From an uncultured Gammaproteobacteria bacterium (GTDB lineage Bacteria > Patescibacteriota > Microgenomatia > Levybacterales > GWA1-39-11): a stretch of DNA of 55,838 bases. The stretch covers positions 108,887 to 164,724 of the forward strand of contig CAZEGF010000023.1 of the NCBI GenBank assembly GCA_964511965.1, read 5' to 3'. Shown piece after piece: positions 28,106 to 37,658 of the stretch. The notes under the pieces were generated by a model that was given only the letters and a program-made list of their open reading frames with translations, searched no databases and had not been told where the DNA came from. Made by a program: the position numbers and the translations under genes. Numbering within the stretch: the stretch's first letter is position 1; each line of letters begins with the position of its first letter.

Positions 28106-30386
28106 ATTTTTGCCAATTCTTGCAATTATTTTTATATGGTTAATTTTTTCCTTTCCATACTTCTTTCTTGGGAAGAGTCCATTTCCAGCAGATTATCAAA
28201 ATAATTTTTTTGCTCCATGGAATGTTTACCCCGGTCATCAAGGTCCGGTTAAGAATAATGCTCAGCCCGATATTATTACACAAATTTATCCATGGAGATT
28301 TTTTGATGTTGAACAATATAAAAAAGGACAGATACCATTCTGGAATCCGTATAGTTTTTCAGGAACGCCACATTTAGCCAATTATCAGTCTGCCGCTTTA
28401 TTTCCGATTAATATTCTTTTTTTGCTTCCAATAAAATTTATTGACATTTGGAGTCTACTGGTATTACTTCAGCCATTGCTGGCAGGATTATTTATATATG
28501 TATTTGCACGAAAACTAAAATTATCAGCTTATGCCGGACTATTGTCTTCTTTTTCTTTTATGTTTTGCGGTTTTTTGGTTACATGGATGGGTTACGCAAC
28601 TCTTGGTTATTCGATATTATTCTTACCATTGTCACTATTTTTCATCTTAAAATATGTTGACAATAAATCCACCCGATGGTTAGTAGGTATATCATTTACG
28701 TTCCTTTTTTCTTTTTTTGCCGGCCATTTCCAAACCAGTATTTATTTTACTCTTGGAGTTTTTGGTTTTATCTTGTACCACCTAGTTTTTTCAAAAGATA
28801 GAAAGCTTTATGTAAATGCCTTGTTTTTTAGTATATTTGGATTATTGTTAGCAATGCCTCAAGTACTTCCCTCTATTGAATTTTATACGTATACCTTAAG
28901 AAGTAATTTATTCCAAAAAGTTGAAGCAATTCCCTGGAATTATTTGCCTACTCTTTTGGCCCCTGATTTCTATGGAAATCCCGTAACCAGAAACGATTGG
29001 TTTGGCCACTACGCTGAGTGGAGTGGTTTTAGTGGTATTGTCACTTTTGTTTTTGCCATGGCAGCAATTTTTTTTAAAAGAACTAAAGATTCGTTATTTT
29101 TTATAATATTACTTTTCACTTCGCTACTTCTCGCCTACGACACACCGCTTTTGACCTTCCTTGTACAAATGAAACTTCCGGTTCTATCGACGAGTGCTGC
29201 AAGTAGAATAATTGTTCTTTTTAGCTTTTCGTCAGCCATTCTAGCCGGGTTTGGTTTTGATGAAATTATTTCAATTTATAAAAAAAATAAAAAGAAAATG
29301 GTTGTATGGATTGCAGTTTGTATTTTACCTGTAGTTCTAATAGGTACTATTGCATATTTACCGGTGTTAGGACCGGATAGAGCACATATCGCCCAGAAAA
29401 ATATCATATTACCCGTTATATTTTTTCTATTAACTTTAGTTGGTATATCCATTTTAATGTTATTCAAAAATAAATATGCAAGGTATATTTTTATAGGTAT
29501 TGTTCTTTTAACAAGTGCGTGTGATATGTATAGATTTGCCTCTAAATGGCAGTCATTTTCACCAAAAAAAGAAGCATATGTTTCTGTTCCAATATCAAAG
29601 TTTTATGATTACCAAAATGATTATGATAGAGCTATCGGACTATCCGGGGAGGAGGATTCAATATATTTTAATATCCCAACTCTTGGTGGATACGATCCCC
29701 TCTATATAAATGATTATGGAAAGTTTATTCAATACGTAGGAACAGGAGAGTACAAGACACCTGAAAGATCGGTTGTCACTTTTCCTATAAATGGAAAATA
29801 TACACCACAGGCAATCGATTTTCTTGGCGTAAAATATATTATTCACAAAAAATCAGATGGAGCTCTAGCGTGGGCATTCCCTTTTAACAAATATCCTATC
29901 GACAAGTTTGTGAAAGTTTATGAAGATAATTTCTATGATGTATTTCAAAATAAAACTCCATTTGACAGAGCTTTTGTTGTATCAAAAGTGTTTCAAAGCA
30001 ATACCTTTAATCTATTTGATTACGATCTTAAAAAAGTTGCATTCGTAGATGATCCAATCCCAGGTTTAAAAGAAGATGGCAGTGGGAATGCTAAGATCTT
30101 AAAATATAGTGCAAATTCAGTTGAAATCGAAGCCAATACTAACGGACCTGCACTCCTTGTGTTAACCGATATTTTCTACCCTGGATGGAGAGCTGAGGTT
30201 AATGGGAAACCTTCAAAGATTTATAAAACTGATTACACATTCAGAGGTGTTATGGTCCCCGGTGGGAAGAGTAACATTACTTTTACCTATATGCCGGAAA
30301 GTTTTCTCATAGGTATCTACCTTTTCTTAATCGGTATAATGGGAATGGTAGTCTTTAGTGTTGTTAGAAAATTTTCAAAAAACTAA
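28095..30386 (+). CDS. YfhO-family GT-C membrane glycosyltransferase, paralog 2 of 3
   Basis: 'IYPWRF......KKGQIPFWNPYSFSGTPHLANYQSAALFPIN', 'FAGHFQ', 'PDFYGNP', 'GYDPLY', 'FYPGWRAEVNG'. Confidence 0.85.
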   Translation: MKNKFLPILAIIFIWLIFSFPYFFLGKSPFPADYQNNFFAPWNVYPGHQGPVKNNAQPDIITQIYPWRFFDVEQYKKGQIPFWNPYSFSGTPHLANYQSAALFPINILFLLPIKFIDIWSLLVLLQPLLAGLFIYVFARKLKLSAYAGLLSSFSFMFCGFLVTWMGYATLGYSILFLPLSLFFILKYVDNKSTRWLVGISFTFLFSFFAGHFQTSIYFTLGVFGFILYHLVFSKDRKLYVNALFFSIFGLLLAMPQVLPSIEFYTYTLRSNLFQKVEAIPWNYLPTLLAPDFYGNPVTRNDWFGHYAEWSGFSGIVTFVFAMAAIFFKRTKDSLFFIILLFTSLLLAYDTPLLTFLVQMKLPVLSTSAASRIIVLFSFSSAILAGFGFDEIISIYKKNKKKMVVWIAVCILPVVLIGTIAYLPVLGPDRAHIAQKNIILPVIFFLLTLVGISILMLFKNKYARYIFIGIVLLTSACDMYRFASKWQSFSPKKEAYVSVPISKFYDYQNDYDRAIGLSGEEDSIYFNIPTLGGYDPLYINDYGKFIQYVGTGEYKTPERSVVTFPINGKYTPQAIDFLGVKYIIHKKSDGALAWAFPFNKYPIDKFVKVYEDNFYDVFQNKTPFDRAFVVSKVFQSNTFNLFDYDLKKVAFVDDPIPGLKEDGSGNAKILKYSANSVEIEANTNGPALLVLTDIFYPGWRAEVNGKPSKIYKTDYTFRGVMVPGGKSNITFTYMPESFLIGIYLFLIGIMGMVVFSVVRKFSKN

Positions 30387-31147
30387 TGAAAAATTTAACT
30401 GTTATCATACTTTCGAAGGAAGACGAGGATGTAATTACTGATGCAATAAAGTCCATCCACGGATTTGCGGATGAGGTTCTAGTTATAGATGGAAATTCTG
30501 ATGACAAAACAAGAGAAATTGCTGAAAAATTAGGTGCAAAAGTGCTAAAAAATAATTTCAAGAATTTTTCAGATCAAAGAAATTTTGCGATGGATCATAC
30601 TACAACACCCTGGGTATATTACATGGATTCTGATGAGAGAGTTACTCCCGCATTTATTCAGGAAGTTAATGAAACGATAAAAATCTACAATGAATATAGT
30701 GGAATTGCCGGTTACTTTGTAAATAGAAGAACATTTTATTTTGGACATGATTGGAATTTCACAGACCGAGTACAAAGACTTTTTTATAGAGAAAGATTTG
30801 TTGAATGGAAGGGAGTAGTTCATGAAACACCGGTTATTAAGGGAGATTTCGATACTATTTCAGCCCCCATTATTCATTTAACTCATAGAAATCTTTCCCA
30901 AATGGTTAGAAAAACAAATGAATGGTCTGAATATGAGGCAAAATTAAGATTTGAATCTAATCATCCTGATCTTGTCCCATGGAGATTTCTTCGCGTAATG
31001 ATTACTGAGTTTTTCTCATCCTACATAAGAAACAAGGGATATAAAAATGGAACGTATGGATTAATTGAAGCTATGTATCAATCCTTCTCGATATTTATAA
31101 CTTATGCAAAACTTTGGGAACTCCAACAAAATGATAGGAAAAAATAA
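30386..31147 (+). CDS. GT2 glycosyltransferase (WaaE/LgtF-like subtype), paralog 2 of 3
   Basis: 'LTVIILSKEDED.I.DAI.SI.GFADEVLVIDGNSDDKT', 'YMDSDE', 'YGLIEAMYQSF'. One-nt TAATG overlap. Confidence 0.8.
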   Translation: MKNLTVIILSKEDEDVITDAIKSIHGFADEVLVIDGNSDDKTREIAEKLGAKVLKNNFKNFSDQRNFAMDHTTTPWVYYMDSDERVTPAFIQEVNETIKIYNEYSGIAGYFVNRRTFYFGHDWNFTDRVQRLFYRERFVEWKGVVHETPVIKGDFDTISAPIIHLTHRNLSQMVRKTNEWSEYEAKLRFESNHPDLVPWRFLRVMITEFFSSYIRNKGYKNGTYGLIEAMYQSFSIFITYAKLWELQQNDRKK

Positions 31148-31396
31148 CTATTTTTTCCTGAACCAAGATCTAATCTCAGAAATTGTAAGCCTTTTTTTAG
31201 CAAACCAAAAAAGATAAATAATTTCCAGAATAGCTAAATCGTTAAAAGGGATAAGAATAAAAAGAGCAATAAACCAATTGCGTTGCTTGAGTTGTGATGT
31301 TCGCCAAAGCGCAACGCCTTTCCAAATAAGTTGCCATACCGATAGCAAAATGATGACAGCTATTATTAATGGGTCCGGCGGAATTCCTTTCTTCAT
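31148..31396 (-). CDS. small membrane protein (82 aa), resembles the DUF5652 type
   Basis: 'LIWKGVALWRTSQLKQRNWFIALFILIPFNDLAILEIIYLFWF' matches my recollection of the 'WKG.ALW.A......WF.......N..GILEI.Y' pattern. Two to three helices. Its own TGcTACAAA-N6-ATG box. It is the only minus-strand gene in the cluster. Confidence 0.6.
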   Translation of the reverse strand: MKKGIPPDPLIIAVIILLSVWQLIWKGVALWRTSQLKQRNWFIALFILIPFNDLAILEIIYLFWFAKKRLTISEIRSWFRKK

Positions 31397-31402
31397 AGTT
31401 TA

Positions 31403-31411
31403 TTTGTAGCA
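31403..31411 (-). promoter_or_regulatory. extended -10 box TGcTACAAA, 6 nt upstream of the ATG at 31396 (predicted leaderless start)
   Basis: The minus strand reads tgTGcTACAAAtaaactATG. Confidence 0.4.
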
Positions 31412-31434
31412 CAGTGACATTTTTTATGCAATGT

Positions 31435-31443
31435 TGGTAGAAT
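31435..31443 (+). promoter_or_regulatory. extended -10 box TGgTAGAAT, 6 nt upstream of the ATG at 31450 (predicted leaderless start)
   Basis: Reads aatgtTGgTAGAATaaaggtATGaat. Confidence 0.5.
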
Positions 31444-31449
31444 AAAGGT

Positions 31450-32517
31450 ATGAATATTGGAATTTATTCACCATATCTTGAGACATTAACCGGTGGTGAA
31501 AAGTACATCTTTACAGCTACTTCATGTCTATCCAAAGAACACAAAGTAACCGTATTTTGGGATGACCCTGCAATTCTTGAAAAAGCTTCCAAAAAGTTCA
31601 ATTTGGATCTAAAAAATGTGACGGTTTCACCTAATGTATTCAAGAAAGAATATGGTTTTCTAAAAAGAATATTACACACGGTAAAATATGACCGCATTTT
31701 ATTTTTATCTGATGGAAGTATTCCCGTTGTTGGAGCAAAAAAACTACTAATCCATTTTCAATTTCCAGTTGAGTGGGTAAATACAAATAGTTTTGTTTTC
31801 TTATTTAAAAAATCAAGAATCGCCAAAATCATATGCAATTCAAGATTTACAAAGAATTTTATTGACAAGAAATTTAAGGTAAATAGTTTTGTTTTGTATC
31901 CACCGGCAACAACTAACGAGGGAGAAATTCCTCAAAAAGAAAATTCAATACTTACCGTTGGAAGATTTAGTGTCCTTCCGAATGGCAGCGACTTCAAGAA
32001 ATTGGAGTTTTTAATTTCCTCGTTTAAGAAATTTCAGAAAAAAAGACTAAAAGGCTGGAAATTTAATATTGTAACCAGTGTTTTACCGACAGATATGGAA
32101 AAATTTGCTGAACTTGAAAAAAAAGTTAAGAGCACTCACATAAATATTTATAAAAATGCAACTTTTGAAGAAATAGTATCTCTATATAAAAAGTCAAAAA
32201 TATATTGGCATGCATCAGGATATAGTGAAAATCTAGAGAAACATCCGGATAGAGCAGAACATTTTGGTATATCTACCGTTGAGGCTATGTCATATGGACA
32301 AATTCCGATTGTTATTAATGCCGGTGGCCAGCCGGAAATTGTTGTAGACAACGATAATGGATTTTTATGGAATAACGAAGATGAATTAATAGAGATAACG
32401 CATAAGGTTGCAGTTGATAAAGATTTGCAAAAACGTATAGCTTTGCGGGCAAACGAAACATCAAAGAATTTTTCAACAGAGAGATTTTGCGAAGAACTCA
32501 ATCATTTAATATGGTGA
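31450..32517 (+). CDS. GT4 (group 1) glycosyltransferase
   Basis: C-terminal GT-B motif 'EHFGISTVEAMSYGQIPIVINAGGQPEIV'. N-terminus 'MNIGIYSPY....GGEKY'. Confidence 0.85.
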   Translation: MNIGIYSPYLETLTGGEKYIFTATSCLSKEHKVTVFWDDPAILEKASKKFNLDLKNVTVSPNVFKKEYGFLKRILHTVKYDRILFLSDGSIPVVGAKKLLIHFQFPVEWVNTNSFVFLFKKSRIAKIICNSRFTKNFIDKKFKVNSFVLYPPATTNEGEIPQKENSILTVGRFSVLPNGSDFKKLEFLISSFKKFQKKRLKGWKFNIVTSVLPTDMEKFAELEKKVKSTHINIYKNATFEEIVSLYKKSKIYWHASGYSENLEKHPDRAEHFGISTVEAMSYGQIPIVINAGGQPEIVVDNDNGFLWNNEDELIEITHKVAVDKDLQKRIALRANETSKNFSTERFCEELNHLIW

Positions 32518-34754
32518 ACAAAATCAAAAAATCGGGACTTGTTTTGATTTTGGTTTTTGCCATAGTATTTTTTTACTTGCCATTTTTTCTCACTTCCAAA
32601 CTACCAATACCTTCAGACTCAATTGTTGGTTTGTATCATCCTTATCGCGATTTTTATTCCAATACATATCCAAATGGAATTCCTTTTAAGAATTTCCTGA
32701 TAACAGATCCTGTTAGGCAAACCTATGTCTGGAGGGAATTAGCGGTTGAAATATTCAAATCAGGAAATATTCCACTTTGGAATCCGTATGAAATGTCTGG
32801 AAAACCATTACTTGGGAATTTTCAATCAAGTGTTTTTTATCCTCTAAATATATTATTTTTCGTTTTACCTTTTTCATTAGGTTGGTCATTTTTAATTTTT
32901 ACCCAAACTCTATTATTCGGACTTTTTACGTTTTATTACTTAAGAAATCTTAAGTTTCATTCTTTTACGTGTTTGCTTTCAGCTATTGCAATAGCCTTTT
33001 CCGGATTTAGTATTTCGTGGCTTGAATGGGGAAACATAATATCAACAGCACTATGGCTTCCACTAATTTTACTTTCAATCGACAAATTTACACATAAAAA
33101 GGTTGGTAATAAAGTTCCAATTTGGTATGTGACACTTTTATTTGCGTTGCTTTGTTCTTTTTTTGCAGGTCACCTGCAATCGTTCTTTTATCTGTATCTT
33201 GTATCTTTTTCTTACTTTTGTTTGAGATGGTTTGAAAATAAGAATCGTAAAGTACTCTTGTTTTTTGTAATTCTGAATTTACTTTTTGTAACAATTTCAT
33301 TTTTCCAATGGTTTCCAACTCTGGAGTATATATTGCTTTCATCACGAGCGGTTGATCAGAAATTTAACTCTATTGAGGGGTGGTTTATTCCATGGAGACA
33401 TCTCATTCAATTTATTGTCCCTGATTTTTTTGGTAACCCTACAACCCTTAATTATTGGGGTACATGGAATTATGGAGAACTTGTTGGTTACATCGGGGTC
33501 TTGCCATTACTAATGGTTCTTTTTTCATTCTATAAAATAACTAGAACAACACTGTTTTATCTTGTTGTTGTAGTAATTTGTCTTGTTATGGCTTTGCCGA
33601 CAGGTATTTCCTCGATTCCTTTTGTTCTAAATATTCCTTTTCTCTCAACAGCTCAACCAACGAGACTGCTTTTCCCAATAGTATTTTCTTTGTCTGTTCT
33701 CTCAGCAATTGGGATGAACAAATTCTTGCATATTGAAAAAATCAAACTTAAACATTTTTTACCGTTTATCATATTAGCTTCTATTTTTGGGTTAGTATTA
33801 TTTTTAATTTTTACACAAGCTGATTTTCTGTTTAAAAGCCAAACTGAAATATTAGTTGCCAAAAGAAATATTGTTTTTCCGTTTGTGGTGTTTGTAGTAT
33901 CCTCATTTCTGTTACTTCTACTTATAAAAATAAAAAATGTAAAATTTCGTACCTTATTACTTATAATAATTGTACTTGTATCGTTTGTAGATGTACTACG
34001 ATTTGCTCAAAAATTTACACCGTTTAGTTCATCTCAATATCTTTATCCTAAAACGTCAACCTTGGCATATCTCTCACAACAAAATGGTCTATTCAGAGTA
34101 GCTGTTATGGATAGAAGAATTATGCCACCTAATTTTTTCACACATTATAAAATTCAGACAATCGAGGGATATGACCCCTTATATTTGAAAAATTATGCAG
34201 AATTTATTACTGCTTTGGAGCGGGATAAACCAAATATTAATCCACCCTTTGGATTTAACAGGATAATAACACCGCATAATTATAATTCTTCCCTTTTTGA
34301 TTTTCTCAATACAAGATTTGTTATTTCTTTGGATGAAATAAAAACGGACAAATTGGTTAAAGTATTTGAAGAAGGACAAACAAAGATATACGAAAATAAA
34401 AAATACTTTCCCAGATTATTTTTTGTTCAGCATGTGATACCGGATACTGGTGATATTTCTTTATTATTTGGTAATGATCTTTTAAAAACTGCAATCGTAA
34501 AGGATTTATCTATTGAAAACAGTAGTTTGACCGTGGGTTCGGTTGATAGCATCTCTTATACCGAAAATGTAGTAACTCTGAAAACAAATAATCGTGGAAA
34601 CGGCTATTTAGTTTTTTCTGACGTTTTTTATCCAACATGGAGGGCTTATGTAGATAACGTAAAAACAAAAATCTATATAACAAATCATGCTTTCCGTGGA
34701 ATCTTTGTCCCATCAGGCACTCATACTGTACAATTTAAAAATAATTTACTTTAA
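32511..34754 (+). CDS. YfhO-family GT-C membrane glycosyltransferase, paralog 3 of 3
   Basis: 'F.SGNIPLWNPYEMSGKPLLGNFQSSVFYPLN', 'FAGHLQ', 'PDFFGNP', 'GYDPLY', 'FYPTWRAYVDN'. The ATG at 32511 overlaps the upstream stop. Confidence 0.85.
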   Translation: MVNKIKKSGLVLILVFAIVFFYLPFFLTSKLPIPSDSIVGLYHPYRDFYSNTYPNGIPFKNFLITDPVRQTYVWRELAVEIFKSGNIPLWNPYEMSGKPLLGNFQSSVFYPLNILFFVLPFSLGWSFLIFTQTLLFGLFTFYYLRNLKFHSFTCLLSAIAIAFSGFSISWLEWGNIISTALWLPLILLSIDKFTHKKVGNKVPIWYVTLLFALLCSFFAGHLQSFFYLYLVSFSYFCLRWFENKNRKVLLFFVILNLLFVTISFFQWFPTLEYILLSSRAVDQKFNSIEGWFIPWRHLIQFIVPDFFGNPTTLNYWGTWNYGELVGYIGVLPLLMVLFSFYKITRTTLFYLVVVVICLVMALPTGISSIPFVLNIPFLSTAQPTRLLFPIVFSLSVLSAIGMNKFLHIEKIKLKHFLPFIILASIFGLVLFLIFTQADFLFKSQTEILVAKRNIVFPFVVFVVSSFLLLLLIKIKNVKFRTLLLIIIVLVSFVDVLRFAQKFTPFSSSQYLYPKTSTLAYLSQQNGLFRVAVMDRRIMPPNFFTHYKIQTIEGYDPLYLKNYAEFITALERDKPNINPPFGFNRIITPHNYNSSLFDFLNTRFVISLDEIKTDKLVKVFEEGQTKIYENKKYFPRLFFVQHVIPDTGDISLLFGNDLLKTAIVKDLSIENSSLTVGSVDSISYTENVVTLKTNNRGNGYLVFSDVFYPTWRAYVDNVKTKIYITNHAFRGIFVPSGTHTVQFKNNLL

Positions 34755-35689
34755 TGAAGGTTGATATAATAATCCCCAATTATAATGGCGCTCATTTAAT
34801 AGAGCACAATCTAGCTAGCGTTGTGCATGCTTTAAGTTCATTTGATGGTCGAGTTATAATTGTAGATGATGGTTCAAAGTTGGAAGAACAAGAAAAACTT
34901 GAAGAGTTTATCTCAAAATTTAAAAATAAAGATAGAGTCGATCTATTTATCAAATCAAAAAATTCAGGTTTTCCTGGGACTGTCAATTTAGGCGTAAAAA
35001 AATCTTCAGCTAAATATGTGGTTCTCCTCAATAGTGATGTGGTTCCCCGAGAAGATTTTTTAAAGACTCCTATTGAGAAACTTGAAAATGACGATACTCT
35101 TTTTGGAGTAGGTTGCATGGATGAAAGTATTGAGGGTTCCAAGAAGGTAGCTAGAGGTAGAGGTCTTTCATATTGGAGTAATGGGTTTTTGCATCACAAG
35201 AGGGGGGACGTTGATCGTGATAACACTTTTTGGATATCCGGTGGAAGTAGTGTTATAAGACGCGAATTATTCGAAAAACTTGGTGGTTTTGATGAGATCT
35301 ACGCACCCTTTTATTGGGAAGATATAGATCTATCTTTTAGAGCACAAAAAGCCGGTTTTTCGATTAAATTTGATAATCAATCTATTGTTGAGCACTATCA
35401 TCACGAAGGAGCTATAAAAAAGCATTATAGTTACAGACGAATAACAACAATTTCATACAGAAATCAGTTCATATTTATTTGGAAGAACATAACAACAACA
35501 AAATATTTACTTAATCACTTTTTCTATTTGCCTATAAATATTTTTGGTGCAATTTTTAGATTTGATTTACCTTTTTTACAAGGATTATTTCTTGCCATAC
35601 TCTTACTTCCTGCTATAATTAATAGAAGATTTGAGCAACAAAAATTTCTAAAAGTTTCTGACGAGAAAGTTATAGGTAGCAACTCATGA
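34754..35689 (+). CDS. GT2 glycosyltransferase (WbbL/RfbF-like subtype), paralog 2 of 2
   Basis: 'VDIIIPNYNG', 'IIVDDGS', 'NSGFPGTVN', 'LLNSDV', 'GGSSVIRRELFEKLGGFDE.Y.PFYWEDIDLSFRAQKAGF'. Confidence 0.8.
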   Translation: MKVDIIIPNYNGAHLIEHNLASVVHALSSFDGRVIIVDDGSKLEEQEKLEEFISKFKNKDRVDLFIKSKNSGFPGTVNLGVKKSSAKYVVLLNSDVVPREDFLKTPIEKLENDDTLFGVGCMDESIEGSKKVARGRGLSYWSNGFLHHKRGDVDRDNTFWISGGSSVIRRELFEKLGGFDEIYAPFYWEDIDLSFRAQKAGFSIKFDNQSIVEHYHHEGAIKKHYSYRRITTISYRNQFIFIWKNITTTKYLLNHFFYLPINIFGAIFRFDLPFLQGLFLAILLLPAIINRRFEQQKFLKVSDEKVIGSNS

Positions 35690-36417
35690 ATTTATCAAAA
35701 AAAGTCCTCTCAATTGTGATTCCTGTATATAATGAAGAAAAAACTATTGGTATTGTTCTGTCAAATCTCAATAAGCTGACAATCCCCAACGTTAATAAAG
35801 AAATAATTGTAGTGGACGATGGATCAATTGATAGTTCAAAAAAAATAGTTACAAGCTTAAAAAACAAAATTAAAGGATTAAGATTTATCCAACACGAGAG
35901 GAATAAAGGAAAAGGAGCTGCTGTCCAAACCGGACTTAACGAAGCAAAAGGGGATGTTCTGATGGTTCAAGACGCAGATCTTGAATACGACACAAATGAT
36001 ATTCCTCGGTTGTTAAAGCCAATTCTTGAAGGGAAAGCAAATGTCGTGTATGGTACGAGGTTGAGGAGAATGCCGAATGTAAAGAAAGAAGAAAAAACAG
36101 GCCGATTTTTCCTTCACTATTTCGGTAACAGATGGCTAAGTTTGGTGACAAGTATACTGTATTTTAATTGGGTTACAGATATGGAAACATGCTATAAGCT
36201 TTTTTCCCGTAAATCGTTTGAAGGTATTAAGCTTAAATCAAGAACTTTTGATTTTGAACCGGAAATCACGGCAAAATTTTTAAAGAAGGGTCTTAAAATT
36301 CTTGAAATAGATATTAATACAAAACCACGTGGGTATGATGAAGGAAAAAAATTACATACATTCAGGGACGGATTTAAAGCGTTGTGGACATTAGTGAAGT
36401 ATAGGTTTGTGTCATGA
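35686..36417 (+). CDS. GT2 glycosyltransferase, polyprenyl-phosphate sugar synthase type (DPM1/GtrB-like)
   Basis: 'LSIVIPVYNEE', 'IIVVDDGSIDSS', 'NKGKGAAVQTG', 'VQDADLEYD', 'METCYKLF'. ATGA overlap. Confidence 0.85.
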   Translation: MNLSKKVLSIVIPVYNEEKTIGIVLSNLNKLTIPNVNKEIIVVDDGSIDSSKKIVTSLKNKIKGLRFIQHERNKGKGAAVQTGLNEAKGDVLMVQDADLEYDTNDIPRLLKPILEGKANVVYGTRLRRMPNVKKEEKTGRFFLHYFGNRWLSLVTSILYFNWVTDMETCYKLFSRKSFEGIKLKSRTFDFEPEITAKFLKKGLKILEIDINTKPRGYDEGKKLHTFRDGFKALWTLVKYRFVS

Positions 36418-37658
36418 AAAATCTAAGGCTTTCAGTTTCAAGTATTGTTTTGGCATGCTTGTCAGTTCCGGTAATAATGACGTATCAAATTTTTCCGGGA
36501 GATACGAATTTCATTCAGTTCGGTTTGATATTTCTCGGTCTTTTCCTTAATTTTTTAGTTGATATTATTAAAATTTCAGAGAAAAGATATTACACTTATA
36601 AATTCATTCTATTTTGGGTAATTCTAATTCTTTCAGTAGGAGGAGCTTTTGTTTCGGCAATAATAGTCAGGCATAAAGTTGCTCCGGTATTTCAAATCCA
36701 TGACATAATCCTTCAATTGGAGGCAGCTATTCAATTTTTTAGACATGGGGTAAATCCTTGGGCGGCCACTTACTTCAATACATATATGGCCTCATGGCAT
36801 TATTCCGACTCGATGATAAATCCTGCGCTGTATCATTTTGTAATGATGCCTTTATATCTTCTTTTTTCACTACCATTTTATTTTGTAGCAAATCACACAC
36901 TTGGATATTTTGATGGTCGTATACCTCTTTACTTTCTTTATTTTTCTTTGCTCATAACTGCCTTTAAATTTATAAAAGATAAGGAAAAGAAATTATTGTT
37001 TGTAACTCTGTTGGCATTTAACCCTGCCATGTTTTCATATACGTTGGAGGGAAGATCCGATATATTCATGTTCGCTTTTTTCTTTGGAGGATTAGTTTTG
37101 TTATTTAAAAAACGGTATTCATATGCAGGAGTTTTTATGGCCTCCGCTTTTGCGGTTAAGCAGTCTATCTGGCCAATTCTCCCGCTTTACATAGGATATA
37201 TATATTTTCTATCTAAAAACGTTTCAAAAACCGCAAAGAGATTGCTTTCTTTTGTCATAACATTTCTCATTTTAGTTCTACCATTTGTCCTTTGGAACCC
37301 AATGGCATTTCTAAATAGTACCGTACTTTATTTGTCAGGAAATACTGCACACAGTTATCCAATATCAGGATACGGATTAGGAGTTTTACTACATCAACTT
37401 GGATTTATCAAAAATCTTTCAGACTCATACCCTTTTGTTATCTGGCAAATAGTTATAGTAATACCTTTTATGTGTTATATGTTGTATTTACTCAGAAAAA
37501 ATACCAATGTCAGAATGCTGATTTTAACATACGGTTTATTGACAATTGTTTACTGGTATTTGTCTCGGTATTTCAACAATAGCCATATGGGATATTTAAC
37601 TATGGTTTTTTTAACCGCATATTTTTGGCCCGAGAGTTCTGACAATCATGAAAATTAA
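36414..37658 (+). CDS. polytopic membrane protein, GT-C-like, family uncertain (possibly DUF2029/GT87-like)
   Basis: 414 aa with ~11 helices. The loop 'HDIILQLEAAIQFFRHGVNPW' and the later 'AFAVKQSIWPILPLY' resemble DUF2029-type layouts, but the match is weak. Confidence 0.45.
   Translation: MKNLRLSVSSIVLACLSVPVIMTYQIFPGDTNFIQFGLIFLGLFLNFLVDIIKISEKRYYTYKFILFWVILILSVGGAFVSAIIVRHKVAPVFQIHDIILQLEAAIQFFRHGVNPWAATYFNTYMASWHYSDSMINPALYHFVMMPLYLLFSLPFYFVANHTLGYFDGRIPLYFLYFSLLITAFKFIKDKEKKLLFVTLLAFNPAMFSYTLEGRSDIFMFAFFFGGLVLLFKKRYSYAGVFMASAFAVKQSIWPILPLYIGYIYFLSKNVSKTAKRLLSFVITFLILVLPFVLWNPMAFLNSTVLYLSGNTAHSYPISGYGLGVLLHQLGFIKNLSDSYPFVIWQIVIVIPFMCYMLYLLRKNTNVRMLILTYGLLTIVYWYLSRYFNNSHMGYLTMVFLTAYFWPESSDNHEN

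Noticed and set aside
31444-31449. 'aaaggt' upstream of the ATG at 31450 read as a Shine-Dalgarno site
   Set aside because: The AGG ends only 1-2 nt before the ATG, which is too close for SD function. The same 6 nt is the fixed spacer after a TGgTAGAAT box, matching ten other sites, so the leaderless reading explains it better.
32148-32501. Antisense ORFs of 60-119 aa inside long genes (for example 32148-32501, 34792-35142, 45115-45474, 17939-18262, 26484-26801, 15708-15998)
   Set aside because: All lie fully within well-supported plus-strand genes with strong family motifs. Their translations have odd, Ser/Leu/Phe/Cys-rich compositions typical of shadow frames, and they have no promoter box of their own.
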